The notes under the pieces were generated by a model that saw only the letters and a program-made list of their open reading frames with translations, was not told the origin of the DNA and did not search any database. Shown in pieces: positions 12,231 through 26,419 of a stretch of 64,000 bases of DNA. The position numbers and the translations under genes are program-made. This stretch comes from Octopus sinensis (taxonomy: Eukaryota), in contig NC_042997.1 of the NCBI RefSeq assembly GCF_006345805.1, positions 64,604,001 to 64,668,000 on the forward strand, given 5' to 3'. The first letter of the stretch is position 1; every line of letters begins with the position of its first letter.

Positions 12231-13887
12231 TATCGGTTTTTATAGCTAGCTATGTAATCGACTTCTCGTCTCCTCAGTATTGCTGATTGTGTGCTGAAAT
12301 TAGAGTAATTAATTTCTCGAAAAACATCAAATACAAATTGAAACTTTGAATAACCGGCACATTCAACGTAAGAGATACTAAGCATACTGCTTCTCTTTTC
12401 TCCGTCACAAAACCCAAGATGCCATTATAGCAGTGACAAATAATGACAATGGTATTTTACACAGATAGCACCCTATTCATTCCTGTATTTGCTTTACAAA
12501 TTGATAACCTCATCACACAATAACATAACACAAGTATTCTTATCTACTTTTATTTCTATGTTCGTCAACCTCTAAACATCAATTTGCCAAACACATTACA
12601 AAAAGAAATTAAAAAATCTACACCACTATATAAAACACCGGATATTTTGATAATGATGGTCGCGGTGATAATCGTCATAATTACTAAAGCATTAGATTCA
12701 AAGAAATTCTGATAGTTCAATAGCAAATGTATAGATAACTTCAGAAAGATACTCTATCTTGAGCGACAAAAGAGTTGTCTGGCAAGTGTTCAGACGCCGA
12801 TTGTATTATCATGTTAAGCCATTGAATCGGGCCACTATAAATCACAACATTGTGCATCAGATGAATTTCCAGTTAATTGGCAGCAACATTTCTGAATTGC
12901 TCTTTTCCTGTTCTTGCATGCTTATCTAAAAGGTCAGAAGTTTAACAACAGATGAAGTACAATGATCAGGGTACATCGTAGTCTCAGATATCGGACGTGA
13001 TCTATTCAACCAATTAGCTGGTGATTTCTAGTTGTTCCGCTTACGTTTGTGTGTGAGATGCATGAACTTGAGAAAACTAATTTATTGTTTTGGAAATAAA
13101 ACATGTGATAATTATGAGGGATATTACATCAAATATTGTGATCATGTGAAGAACACCAACATTTAATTTTGACAGTTACAATTTCAGAATTTTGTTTAAT
13201 GTCTCCCAAATACAACTCTCTTGATGTAATATTCATTACTATTAAATCGACAATGTAAACCTTACATCGGAAACCTATAGAAACTAAATGAATGGCGTGC
13301 AACATCGATCTCCTAACCGGTTAAATCTGTAAGAGATTAATTATCAAAGTCAAGAAGCGTTAACAAGTTTCTTGGTTACATCGTTAATACGATGAAGAGT
13401 GATTCGACTTGTAAAGTAAGTGGTCAAAAAAGAAGTATGCACACAAAAAACGTATATAAAATATAGGAGTTCGTTATTCATGATGCTTGATATATATTTG
13501 ATAATAAAAATTCAAGTAACAGTTTCCTGGAAAATAATTTAGTGATTTTTAATAATTAATGTTACACAGGTGCTGGGCTTTATCCTTCATACATTGCTCT
13601 CTAATAGACAATATCCCTCTCATGGATAAATAAATACTATATTATTCATCAATCCAGTCATTAGATAGTGGAAGAACTTTAAACCTCCAGGAGGATTCCG
13701 GATGGAGTCTTCCAGTTTTTCAATACCTACACACACATTTCTAAATGTTACATGTTAAAAATATAGCCGTTGATTAAGAGGAGTATTTAGTTTCCCATAT
13801 TACAAATATATTGTAGGGCTAACTCAAAGAAGCGCTTCTGATAGACCGCTAACTTAATACTTGAAGTAATATTAGCTGGGTATAAAG

Positions 13888-14103
13888 AGGTGAGCTGGCA
13901 GAATGATTAGCAACATGTTTAGCAGGGCAAAATGTTTAGCAGTATTTCGCCCGTCTTTAAGTTCTAAGTTCAAATTCCGCAGAGGTCAACTTTGCCTTTC
14001 ATCCTTTCGGAGTCGATAAAATAGGTATCGTTTGAGTACTGGCGTCTATGTAATTGGTTTCCCCTCTCCCACGAAATTACTGGCCTTTGCCAAAATTTGA
14101 AAC
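13888..14103 (+). mobile_element. SINE-C copy (first of a tandem pair)
   Basis: ggtgagctggcagaat...gttcaaattccgcagaggtcaactttgcctttcatcctttcggagtcgataaaat...ccaaaatttgaaacc. Confidence 0.8.
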
Positions 14104-14124
14104 CTATATTAACTGGACACATGA

Positions 14125-14337
14125 CTGGCGGTGAGATGGCAGGGTCGTTATCAGACCGGGAAAATGCCTAGAAGTATTTCGTCTGTGTATATGTTCTAGG
14201 TTCAAATTTCATCGGTGTTGAGTTTGCATTTTGTCCCACGGAGACGACAAAGTAGGTACTAAATGAACATTGGGGTTTGCTTAATCAACTCAGCCTTTCC
14301 ATACGAAGTTGCTGGAGTTGTACCAAAATTTGAAACC
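14125..14337 (+). mobile_element. SINE-C copy (second, more diverged)
   Basis: ggcggtgagatggcag...ggttcaaatttc...ccaaaatttgaaacc, collinear with the preceding copy. Confidence 0.7.
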
Positions 14338-15479
14338 TACCTACCAATTAGTATTATTCTTTATTTGTAATTTCTTAATTCTTACGGCAGATATTTTACT
14401 TCGAGCTGAGCTCGATTTTAACTATGAATGCAAGGCGTCAGTGACACTCATTTTATTTGTGTATTTAATTTTTTCTGCTGTATTCTCTCTCTCTTTCTTT
14501 CTTTCCCTCTTGCTCTCTCTCCCTCCTTCTTTGTCTCTCATCCTTTGCGTATTTTATCTTTTCATTTATAAGGCTATGGTTGACATTATTGTATTATCTC
14601 TGTTAATCAAAGACGTTGTTGGAGTTCTTAATTTTATTTTCTTCAAGTTTTCCTGGCCTGTTTTCCTAATCTACATCCTATATCCATTTGTCTAGTGAAT
14701 ATGTTTACTATTTAGCAGTAATTATGTACCTTACTATGTTGAAGCCTTTGTTTTTCATAATTTAATATTTAATTATATCGTTGGCGATAACTAATTTAAT
14801 TTTACAGCCATGTGTCATCAAATGATCATTTATATTCTTCTGCAAATAGATTTTTCTTTTTAGTTGTTTATCTATCCTCTGAGACCCAATGAGACTCATG
14901 TAATGTCGTATATTCTCGTTTGTCTTTTATACCTAGTATTCCATATATTATCGCTTCTCTTTTCACCTTCATTTTCCTAACCCGTGCATATGCCAGTATT
15001 AGGATGCTTATACTTTGAAAGTTTCTCCTTCCTCTCTCGGTTCATGCTTTGTTTAAAATAGCCTTGTTGCTCATTTGCGAGATGATATGTTAAGTGTTGT
15101 TTTTGACAAACAAAAGTAGATGTTTTGCCTTGATCTCCTTCAGCTATTTAGGGCAACAGTGACCTAAATGAAAATGTCCATGACACTTCTAATCCGTTCT
15201 CTCTTACAAATGCTGAAATAAAAGTGCGCATAGCATCCATTCTCTGATTCTTATTCTTATAGGAATACATAATGTAATACATATACATATTTTATTTTAT
15301 TTCCTCCTTTCATAATTGATTCTGTATATTCTCTGTATTCCCTTATTCAATTCATGCTTCTGTGACATTTTTGTTTGTCTTTATTTATTTTATTTTATTA
15401 TTTCTTTGTGATACACTACGTCATCATTCGTCTGTATGTTAAAAAAACTGAATTGCTAATACTCTTTATCTATATCATC

Positions 15480-15860
15480 GTCAAAACTACCAACAGTATA
15501 CTACTACTCTCCCCCCTTATTCTTCTCCTCCTCCTCCTTATCATCGTCATCATCATCTTCATCATCGTCTTCATCATTATCTTCGTCCTCTTCAACATCA
15601 TCATGATTTCCATCGTCGTCACTGTGATCCCTACCATCGATATCGCTATGAATTTGACTTTCTTCTTCAGGTTATCGTTGCTATTATCTTCAGCATTACT
15701 TTCACTAACGTAATAATAACGATATCAACTACCACTTGTAGTAGCAGCAATAGTAATAGCAGTGGCAGCAGTAATTGTAGTAGTAATAAAATGAAGTGAG
15801 GAGGAAGTGGTAAGTGTAGTAGTAGATATATTGTTGCTGTTATTTTTGCTGTAGTAATAG
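15480..15860. repeat. Degenerate trinucleotide low-complexity tract
   Basis: (CTC/CAT)n-like then (AGT/AGC)n-like runs. Confidence 0.7.
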
Positions 15861-15999
15861 CTTCAATTTGGGGGCACACAAAACAGTAGGATCAAAGATA
15901 TATAAGAACAAAATTCAAAAGCATAAATATAAAAAGAAATAAATGAATATAACAGCCAATAGCAGAGCAGTTCACCACGAGTTATAAAAAAAAACGGTT

Positions 16000-18320
16000 T
16001 GGATTACTCTACTATATCCTAGGCATCGGATGTGCCCTCTTCCAGGTTCTTTTGGGTTTCTTCTTATTCAACAAAAAGCATACTCATATTAGGTTCATTC
16101 TGCCTCATCGGTTTTCTGATTCTCATACATGTGTCGATACAAACAACGTCTTCTGGTGCTTTATTTTCCTTTTTAAATGAAGAATCGTTTAAATAAACTG
16201 ATGAAAATTTGGCCAGATAAGGAAGTGCCTGTCTTAAGTTTTGTTACCATACGAAGTCTTTCACGACATGTACTAAGCGGAAAAAGATCTCTTCGGCCTA
16301 ATTCTTAAAGTTGTTTTGACATCATCGCAGCAATATAGATATAGCCACAACGCGTGCTCGCACAACATCAACAAAGGAATTATAAAACCACCCTAGATGT
16401 GTGTTAACAGTAGATTCATTTCCTGACCCGACTTAATCCGACCCTTCCATAATAACCGGAAAAGCAGCGCTCAAATCCGGTCCGAAATCTCTTGGCATAT
16501 GGTACGAAGGTCATGAGACAGTAATCTACGTATTGGTGAACTCTACTTTGCCATTCGCAGACAGCTACCTCTCACCCCTCTTCTGGGTGAGGCTATTGAC
16601 CATGCTCGTGACGCCTTCCAAGTTCCTATCCATCTGGAGGTTTCGTTCGAAAGCGGTTCCGAGTACTTTCAGCGGGCGCTCAGTCAAGTTGTCAGTTCAC
16701 CGTTTTGTCCTGGTTTATGTTTATCGTATACATAAGTGATATTCCCTTAGTTTTGTGCAGCTTGCTTTTTTAGGAAGTATCCCACACAGACAATGAGGTC
16801 GTCTGCGTATGCACAACGGCCCTGCAGTTAGCTACTTCGATCGGGATATCCTGAAGCTATCCAGTTAGACTCCAATGTCAAAGCGTAAAAGAACAGGAGA
16901 TAGGCATCATTGGAATATCGTGTGTTCAATACTGACAGGGTCCGAGAGGCGGCCTATTAATTTGACCACCAAACTGATGCTGCTATTCTTTGTGATGATC
17001 TAGCTTCCGAAGGCGCAACCGTAGCCTACAGTACTAAAGACAGCCGGCAGAATGAGATGGTCTACCTTGTCAAGTGGAAGGATTCAAAATGACCGGTGCC
17101 CTGCTAGAAGCAGATCCACCTCCGATCCATTCTGGTGATATTTGAGGTTTGTACTATTGTGGATAGAGCTGTCAGGGATCATACAGGTTTCCGCAAAAGT
17201 ATCACCTCTTCTCGGTTCAATCGACTGGGAACGCACCCAGTCTCTTTCCAGTAGTAGTATACGTCTGCTAAGAAAGGCAAGGAAATATCTCACAGCTAGA
17301 AATGTAATTCAAATGTATCGGTCTATATTCTATGCATCGGTTCAATGCATCTGCCACTTCAATTCACTGAAATCGGATTCTCGCAACGGCCATCCTCCTG
17401 TGTGATATCCGTCAAATATCCGAAGTAGACCTCAAAGACCGCTGCTTCAATTCTTCTGCTCCTCAAAATTTCCGATTCGGCGAATTGCTGCGAAGCACCC
17501 AGCGTATCTACTTAGAATCGGGAAAGAAAACAACGCCACTGACAAATTTCTAGCTTACTTTCCACGATGTGCCTCTGACACAAAGACCTAAACGATTGTT
17601 TTTGAGTATTCATGTTTTCGTGCAAGCATCATTGCTCAGAGGATCCAATTCGAAGAAATAGAGAAGGTAAATGTCCGCTGCTTGAACATTGATTGCTATT
17701 TCTCTTCTAAGCTACTGATTTATCTGTGTTTAATTGTCCCTTTTTTATATCAGTCTGATTCTGACAGAAACCCACCGCATGTGTTTTCATCATTGCTCGC
17801 TGACTTCAATTCCTGCCTAATTATTATATTAATGCAATCACTGAAAATGCTCTGCATATAGGAGGATGGTTTCATTTTCCAGTAACTGGATCCTTGGACA
17901 TCCTCCTTTTCTAGGTGACTCTGCATGTCCCAGACTAATAGTCTGAAACATCAATAATCTGAGACCGATGATAACTTATACTACTTCTATCTGCTAGCCT
18001 GTTGGAAAGTCTATCAGTCTAGAACATAGATAACTCACTGTAAATTGATTAAGATTATACTAGCATTTCAGAGCCATGGAGGCGAATATTTTCAGTGAGT
18101 TGGAAATGCCAAAGAACGTTTCTTAGGGTTTTTTTACCTCGCCCTCCCATCAGTCACTGCCGTCTAATGTTTGCGTGCGTCCAAGATCTCTTTCTAGTCG
18201 TCCGCTAATACAACTGAGCTATTTCCAGGAAAGTCACTAGACGTGTAATTATATATGGCCGTGTAGCTCCTGTCGGAGCATGTGCAGCTTCTGCTTAGGA
18301 GACTTCAAGAAAGGAAAATG
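16000..18320 (-). mobile_element. Highly decayed Tx1/L1-type LINE ORF2 (APE endonuclease fragment + reverse transcriptase)
   Basis: Minus strand gives CAYADDL (about 16795-16815), LDKVDHLI (cf. AFDRVDH), ETCMIPDSSIHNSTNLKY (cf. QTCAIPGRSIQDNL) and AHAPTG (APE, about 18270). Many stops and frameshifts. Confidence 0.7.
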
Positions 18321-21177
18321 AAGAACTTCAACAAAATGTTTGAGTAACAGAGATAATAAAATAATGACAAGCGTAGTTTTATAAATAAATGGATAAAAGG
18401 CACAAAGGGTTAGAGAAGGTGAGCGGGAGAGGAAAAGAGAGCAAGAGGGAGAGATTGGGAGGGAAAGGGAGATAGAATGAGAGAGAGAGGATATAAAAGA
18501 AAATATGAGAGACAGCTATATAGGGATAGGGAAAACTGAAAATTTTCAGAAGATAAATACTCTTGTATAAGTATATAGATATTTATATATTTACTAAATA
18601 TATATTCAACTGGCGTGCAAAAAATAGAGAAAACTAAGCGGGGTGAAAGCATGATATTTCAACTCCGATTGCTCTTTCTAAGGGCTCGGAAGTACATAAT
18701 AGCTGTAATGTTCATAATAAGATGGAGTGTGCAAAAAGTCCTGTAGATGCAGCCAATAGAATATACATATAAATATTACCGTAAAACCGGCCTCTCTCAG
18801 GTTGGAAAAATCGGTAAATTAACAGTTTGAGAGAATTTAAGAATAGTATTGAAGAAAAGCAAACTAAATGAAAGCAATTAGAAAAAGAATGTTAGTGGTT
18901 CAGGTCGGGAGGGAATGTTGAAGCCGAAGAAAGGCAAAGAGCGATAGTAGAAACAGACCAGAAAGCAGGTGAAGGTGAAGGACCAAAGGATTCAGTAGAA
19001 GTAGAAGTCGTGTGTCAATAGGCGAGTAGAATGTTTAGTATTTTGAACGTAGGTGTTGTTGTTGGACATGTAGACAGAGAGTTTGTTAATCAGGGATTGT
19101 AAAAGCCGTAGTTTTGGCTAAATCGTAATCTTTTTTCCCCAACATTACATGTCATAAAAATAAATACCATCATCTAGTTAGAAGCAAACATTTCTACCCC
19201 GTTCACTAAATGCGTATTATTATTTTTTCCTATTACAAGTCCTATTACAAGTCACTATTTTTTCCTATTACAAGTCACTAAATATCACATATTATCTTGA
19301 GAATGTACTATGATGTGCAATTGTTAGCTCAATATCAAAAGAAAAGTAGGTGAATAGCTTTTACTACACAAATTTACACGATATTTGATTTTTTTTCTTT
19401 CTTTTTGCGTAGATAAAACCCAGTTGTAACCCCAGGAAAATGTAAGTCATGAAGAAGTTGTATATTTTTCTACAGCTCAAAACTATGAACTGTTAAACTG
19501 AAATACGTTGCCATTTACAATTTATTTAATAGTTTTTGCTATCAAGAACTATTTAACTCTGGAGGTAACATATCTTCTCAGAAGTATAAAATATTTTGTC
19601 CTTAAACTCGTTAGTGAATCACATATATTGGTGAGCAGCGTGGCATGACAAAACTGAAAGTTCATTATTGATTCAAAAGAGAACTGGTTTTTGCTCTACT
19701 GAAATACTGTGCATACCACACGGTGGCTTTAGTTTGTGATAATTAGATATCATTCTTACTATCGCTTAACAATTTCATTTATTATTCAATGCTATATCAG
19801 TGCATGTTATTTCAATAATTTCATTTTAATTGTTGCTTTTGATCTTATTTAGGTCATTTTGAATCTAGTATTTGTTCTCTCTTTATAGAATATGAATATA
19901 TTGAATTCTATTTGATTACACAATTGTGATATATAGAATTAGAACCTCTTAGACATTTGAAATATGCAGATTCATATTTTTTTCTTTTACAGATTGTTTA
20001 TGCATTTCACCGTCTAACTTCTTCAAAAATTATGCTATTCTCATTATTCATTCTGAACTATTCATTTTTTGTCTACTTTCACAGAACAACCGAGAGTTTC
20101 TTTATGTGCCTTGCAGCACACTGAGCTTTCAGTTTGCTTTTACTTTTGTATTTTTTTATACTATTGTAATATTTACGTAAAATATGTGCAATTGTTACAA
20201 ATGTTGTTTTCTGTGTTGTCTATTGTGTATATGTGTAATTCCCGAGGCTGTGAATATATATTCCTCTGCATCTACGTTGTCATCATTCAAGAGACACACA
20301 TTACTACGCAGAGTGTTTCTGTCTTCAATTCCCATATTGTAGGTTATCACTATTTCAATGATATTTTACTTGGAAATCAAATGTATTAACAACTATCAAT
20401 TCCAAACAGATATGATGCTGAACATTACAAGTATGATATCATCTGGAGAGAAAGAGAATGTGAATCACTCACCGGATCACGACTAGGTACCAAACGTTTG
20501 GATGGTGCCCATATTATTAAAGCATGTTGACTAATCGATCAACCCCAAGTTCCATAATTCAACTAATTTTCTTTTCTACTAAAGTAGTTGTAGATAATTT
20601 CATACAATAAAAAAGAATCTCTTAAGGTATGCGATAGCTTATTCGATATCTCATGTTAATTTTATTTTTATTTATTTATTATTTATTACGTTAAAATTCT
20701 GTACCTGTTCAGGAAAGTCTCTAACTAAAGATGAGTTAGCTACACAGGTCATGCATGTATAAGTGCAGGACTTTCATCGGACATTGTTTCTTTATCCCCC
20801 TCAATTTTGTTTCCTAAATTGCCTCTGAATTAGCTTCTGTTTACACGATGAGGCACCGCCTAGAAGATCTTCATTCGAACGAATCAACTTATGTTCTTTT
20901 AAAGCCTGGTACTTAATCCGTCGGTCTCTTTTGGACTAAGCGGAGCAGGAGAACACACGTGAACGGAAAGGGCCAATGAAGAGGTCACAGATGACGGAAG
21001 ATTTCTGGACAATGGAAAAATAAGTACAGTAACAAACGAGTGGAAAGCGAATATATACATACATAGTGCATGTGTTTATTTGGCAAAACAGAAAGTGACC
21101 ATCTCGAAATACAACACTATATGTAACAACACACACATACACACATATATATAGCATACAACTATACACACACATAT

Positions 21178-21225
<48 letters not shown>

Positions 21226-21274
21226 TATATTATATTATATTATATATATTATATTTGATTACACATACAGATTA

Positions 21275-22028
21275 TAGTAGGGTCAGTTGTGAGAAAAAAC
21301 AGTACCATGACGCAATTCAGTCTACCAGAAATTTGGAAGTGACATGATGTACTGCTTGACGTTCGCGCCGTAAGGTCCAATACGAACATTTCAGAGTCCT
21401 TGGGTGAAAATCAGAGGACAGTACAGAGGAATTGGAACGAGTTGGATGACTCTAATGGTGATTACGAAGGGGTTTGGAGTTATTGCTAGTGATGGCGACT
21501 TTATGCCTACATTAATCTTTCACAGGGCCTCAGACGCAACACGGATGCCTATATCAGGTGCCTGGAGGAGGTAGTGCTACCCTGGATCAAGAGGGTGGCT
21601 GCTGGAAGACCCTATGTCACAAAGTAGGAGAAACCAATCATGGCTGTCACACAATTTCTGCGACCAAATTACCCTTAACATCTGCCTACCTATCTCCCTA
21701 GACTGCACCCCACTAGATTATTATATGTGGGGCGCAGTTGAGCGAGGAACCAACAAAACTTCTTTTAACACCAAAGACGAACTGATAGGAAGGATTATGG
21801 CTGCATCCACCAACTTAAACAAGGAGACCGTCCAGAAGGGTTGCAGGAGATTCCGGAGTCGTCTGGAGACCGTGGTTGAAGCAAATGGCGATTTTATTGA
21901 ATGAAGTTACAGTTTAGTATTTCTAATACATTTTAATGTAATTTTGGTAAATATATTTGTTAAAATGAGATGTCAGTGTTATTTTCATTTTTCCGTAATT
22001 TAGACGATAATTTATTCACCGCACCCTG
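21275..22028 (+). mobile_element. Internally deleted Tc1/mariner (maT-like) transposon
   Basis: MTQFSLPEIWK N-terminus at 21307; FGVIASDGD...EEVVLPWIKRVAAGRPYV; SLDCTPLDYYMWGAVE...RFRSRLETVVEANGDFIE. 3' TIR-like end ...tttattcaccgcaccctg. The catalytic QQDSAP segment is deleted. Confidence 0.85.
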
Positions 22029-23139
22029 AACAATTTTACATTAATCGGATAGATTGCTTTTGATGAGTACAGATTTATTATTTTAATACGAATAGTTGTT
22101 GACAGTGGCTTCGAAGTTTCGATCAGCTAAGCCATCGTCGAACAGTGGATTAGCTCATCGAAACAGGCAATATATTCAAAAATAATATTTGTACCTACAC
22201 CGAAATTAATGTACATGTATGATTGTTTGGCAATATAGGTTTTAGAGGTGTGCCGATGCATTTCCTTAAAACTTAGCAAATAGTGTGCCCTTTCTTCTCA
22301 GGATACAATTTGATTTGTATACAACAATAGGAGTAGAGAGAACCAATTTATATTGCAGCAAATCTTGACAGCGTGAAATAGTATCAACACAGTTTGCATT
22401 GTAAATCATAGGGTCAGCATTCACCCCAAGTTTCACAATACATATATAGATATGCAAACGTAAACAGTAGAGTCATCCATATGAATGTATGTTTGATTGC
22501 TTGTCTCCTATACCATTTGTATTTAAAACTAGAAGACTTCAGTATGTTGATCATAAGAGTTATTGGTGGGTATAAACATCAGACATGAAGTAGGAGAATA
22601 GTTTTATTCTAAAATAGATGATTCCTTCATATTTGCCACTTACTTGTTTCAGTCACCGGATTGCAGCCTTGCAGGGGCACCCTTCTGAACGTTACTTTTT
22701 CCAATGGAAGTTATCAACGCCAGTTCTTAATTTATACAGTCTGGTCCTCATGCAAATGAAATATTTTGTTGAACAGATATGTTACGAGGACGTAATGAAA
22801 TGAACACCGTTTGTCCAGCAGTTGTGTGGGACAAATACAAATACAAAGATACACACACGCGCACACACGCGCACACACACACATATATATGTATATACAG
22901 TGTATTCCGAAATTATAGCAACCGATGTTTCGAGCTTTTATAACTCTCAATAAATGTGAGAAGATATGAAAATTATATGTCATTATAAAAACTTAGTTTG
23001 TCTTCTTTTTGGTTCAGATCCAATAAATTTAGATTTATAAATTACATGATGGCTATACACCTAAATACAATCATAACTCCCTGCAAATGAGGCGAAAGTA
23101 ATACAGCTACAATAGAAAAAAGCTTAAGATTAACAGAAC

Positions 23140-23670
23140 AACAATCTGGAGAATTATCGAGATATCTCAAAAGACTGGTTCCACTGCGTATCGACCTGTA
23201 TGTGGCAGAAAAAGAAGTGTGAAATCCCGTCAACTTATCAAAATACCAGAGAAAAGATATTGCGAAATCCTCGTCAGAAAAATGTTTGCATCAGCAAAAA
23301 TGAACATCCAGTGATACATTGATGACATTATGGAAGCTGAACCGCTTCCGTTGGCGGACGGGTACTTTCAAAGCACATTTGGAGCCTCCGACAGGACTCA
23401 GCATCATCTCACAGCTCCAATTAGACACAAAACTGGAGAAAGAAAAAGAGCTAGCCTTTCATAATGAAGGATATATGACCCTCAAGGATCCCCAATCTCA
23501 ATCCGTTGAATTTTCTGTTTCGTCCATTCTGGAGAAGAAAGTCTCGAGCACTGCTCATGCTTCTCTCGACGCTCTGAAAGCAAAACTGCGTAAGAAATGG
23601 TCTTCGATTTCGCAAGAACAGCTGCGTGCCGCGTGTGAAGCATTCACACGTAGACTTAATTCGAAAGAGA
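23140..23670 (+). mobile_element. Tc1/mariner transposase relic
   Basis: SILEKKVSSTAHASLDALKAKLRKKWSSISQEQLRAACEAFTRRL is a typical transposase C-terminus. Confidence 0.7.
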
Positions 23671-24068
23671 GGTTGTCATATGAAGTATATGTGGTAGTAT
23701 CATATCTGTGCTTTCTTTATCATTGCACTGCAACGCTCGGACCTGAAATATAAGAATGTTTTGCTTTGACAAGTTATGTTTTGTTTTGCAAGCTGGCTGC
23801 TTTAATTTTGGAACAGCTGTATATAGATATGTAGGTAAGATCCAACGATCAAGGTCTATGAAGTTAGTGATTTTTAAGCAGTCGGTAATAGATATAAAAT
23901 CAACTTTCAAGAAGAACAAATGGTTGTTGGCACAGAAAATATTAAATTTTTCCCGAATCGAAGTACGATAAGCTGAAAAAAGGTTATTTTATAGTTCACG
24001 GCTAGAAACGGGTGCTGATGTATATGCGAATAAATATCCAAAGATTAGGAAATAGAGTAGATAAAATC

Positions 24069-24154
24069 CAAGCTACATATGTTTCATAGCTAGCGGAACC
24101 TCGGAATTAGTAATTATCCAAACGAGGGGTAGATAGCTATGTATCTTCGGCCTG
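24069..24154 (-). ncRNA. Hammerhead-like motif, variant core, extended stem II
   Basis: Minus strand: CAGGC-CGAAGA-tac-ATAGCTA...TAGCTAT-GAA-ACATATGT-A-GCTTG. Confidence 0.45.
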
Positions 24155-24559
24155 AAGATGCAATGACTCCTCGACCGCACTTCCGAGTAGTACCATTTTA
24201 ACTATACTTTTACACTATTTTAAAATCCAAAGTTTATCCGCATAATCATCTTAGTTAATTCAAAGCGGTTTCAAGTTTTCAAATTCCACCACAGTTGAGA
24301 AAGGTTTACATCATCCTCAAACTCTTGGAACTCTTATGTTATCCTCTTCTATACCTCTAATTACTGACGTCATCTTCCCGATTTTTTCTTCGATGGCTGC
24401 GCTCGTCCAATAGTGTATAATATATGGTCTATGTTTATAATTGTTCTGTGTTTCTTGTCTGTCTGCTTGTGAGCCTGCTTGCATGGATTAAATTAGTGAA
24501 TCTGTACTGTCAGAATGTGTTCATATATACCTAACTGAAGTGTAGGTGAATGCTAGTGA

Positions 24560-25445
24560 ATATCTTATTGAAGTTACTGGACTGAGTGAACGTGATGGTG
24601 TATATTTTGTTGGGAATTATGGGCTGCCTGTGAAATTCTTGTGTGTTTGTTGCTGTGTGCGCCTTGTATGCATCACTCAGTTCGTTTTTCTGTTTCTTAG
24701 AATTCTTTGGGAGTGGGCAGTTCTTTCCTCTTCCTGTTCTGTGTTTCTCGAATTTCATCTGTATCTACCTCCTTTGTACCTTTCTTCAGCTTCTCGTTGC
24801 TACTGCTTCCCTCTTGTCTCGCCGCCATTAATGTCTGGCTATCACGAAGAGACAATTTGCTTTAATATGGCTCTTCCCTCTGCAATGGTAGCATGTGGGA
24901 GGTCTTCCTTTCATTACCACACATATTCGTGTGTGGTGGCTTGAATTATGACTTCTAGGCCATATCCCCAGCAATTTAACTGCTTAGTACGGCTCACCTG
25001 CAGCCCTTGAGTGTCATCTCTGGTGTTCATCATGATAACTGCTAGCAGCCACATGTCGTTGATCTCTGGGGACACCCTGCCAATTCTCATTCTTGCCACT
25101 CGCTTTCCGAGATAAGTTGGCAGTAGTGCCCATTTTTCTGATTTCAAGGTCACAGTGGAGTGCTTTGCTGTCTCCTTCAAAGTTGGGAAGCGCACCTCCA
25201 CTGTGCCAAACTTCCTTCCCCTACAATAGAATTCTATATTACTTATTTCTTTTAAGCATTCTTCCATTTCGGCCACAGTTTTTACCATGCGTTTCTGTCA
25301 TGTTTCTTTCTACTCCATTTTCACCAGTTTATTTTAACTGTTCTTCATTTTCTATCTGCCTTAGAGTTTCTGTCGTTTGTTTTCTTTTAATTAAATTTAG
25401 AGTAGTAGTTTGGAACAATTACCAAATTTTCTTTGTGACTGCATG
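24560..25445 (-). mobile_element. Tx1/L1-type ORF1 relic with CCHC zinc knuckle
   Basis: KFGTVEVRF...LLPTYLGKRV and GRPPTCYHCRGKSHIKANC (CX2CX4HX4C). Homologous to 49100-49560. Confidence 0.75.
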
Positions 25446-26419
25446 AGAATATTTTGTTCGAATATGTTGATATTTAACTACCTACCGTGGATGAAATGTT
25501 GGTTATGCTAACACAACATTAGAATATTCTCTTGCCATTCACATTTCTATAGGTTCACATATTGTTTTACCTTCTGAATATCTATAGAATGGTGAAATTT
25601 TCAGCTTCCGTATAATCTGCACACTATGATATTCTGAATTACATTTCTGACTTATCAGTTTGATACTGTGTATATTAATTTCTGTCCGTTTTCTAATGGT
25701 CATTTCATTCTCCCTGCTAAACCGTCTGGGTGAGTCGGTTTTGCAACATGTATCTTTAACTCAACCTCCAAAAAGGTGTAGTTTAAAGTTGATAGCCTAA
25801 TTCACTGTTAATAACCTAACTTCTGTTCTCACCAAATCATAGGTACGATGTGTACAACAATATTAAGGACAAATGTACTCTCAACATATGCTATGCCTGT
25901 AGATACCCCAATTAGGACTACAGTTTATAGTCATGGTGTGATTTCACAAAGTCAGGAATATTATATCTAATTTGTAAATACTTGATCATTATGTAATCGA
26001 AGTATCTAATAAGGCCAATTTGTTCTTCGCTCCGAAAAGTCAACGACAAGCAAAATTAAAAAGTAAGTGCATTAGGTTGTGACGAACAGAGGCAGCTGTT
26101 GAAGACTCCGAAATTTTTGTCGGTAAAGAGGAGAAATTTAAATTTTCTGCCAAATATAAGTCACTGTGTTTCATAGAAGGAGCGTGGTAATTAATAACAC
26201 AAGTGAAGTCGATAAAATAAATAGTACTGAAATAATTACTGGATTTAATAAATTGTTTCAGCTCTTTCAAGAAATGACATCTAGGTCTTATGGTAAATAA
26301 CGTTATCATTTATATGTAGGAAGTGGCACCTCCGTTGTAACATTAGCTTGAAAATATATCATAATGGAACAATTCCATATGTATTTTACAATTCATATGT
26401 GCATCATTTAAAAGAAGTA

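Noticed and set aside
14309-14695. 128 aa hydrophobic ORF
   Set aside because: It starts in a SINE tail and runs through a (CT)-rich tract.
19221-19280. Three near-tandem copies of cctattacaagt as a CRISPR-like or regulatory array
   Set aside because: A short local slippage duplication without unique spacers, in a eukaryotic context.
20069-20200. Strong-looking splice acceptor tttttgtctactttcacag at about 20083
   Set aside because: No recognisable coding frame or matching donor follows.
22915-22965. Minus-strand GAG...CTC-GAAACATC hammerhead-like half
   Set aside because: No CUGANGA box and no stem I.
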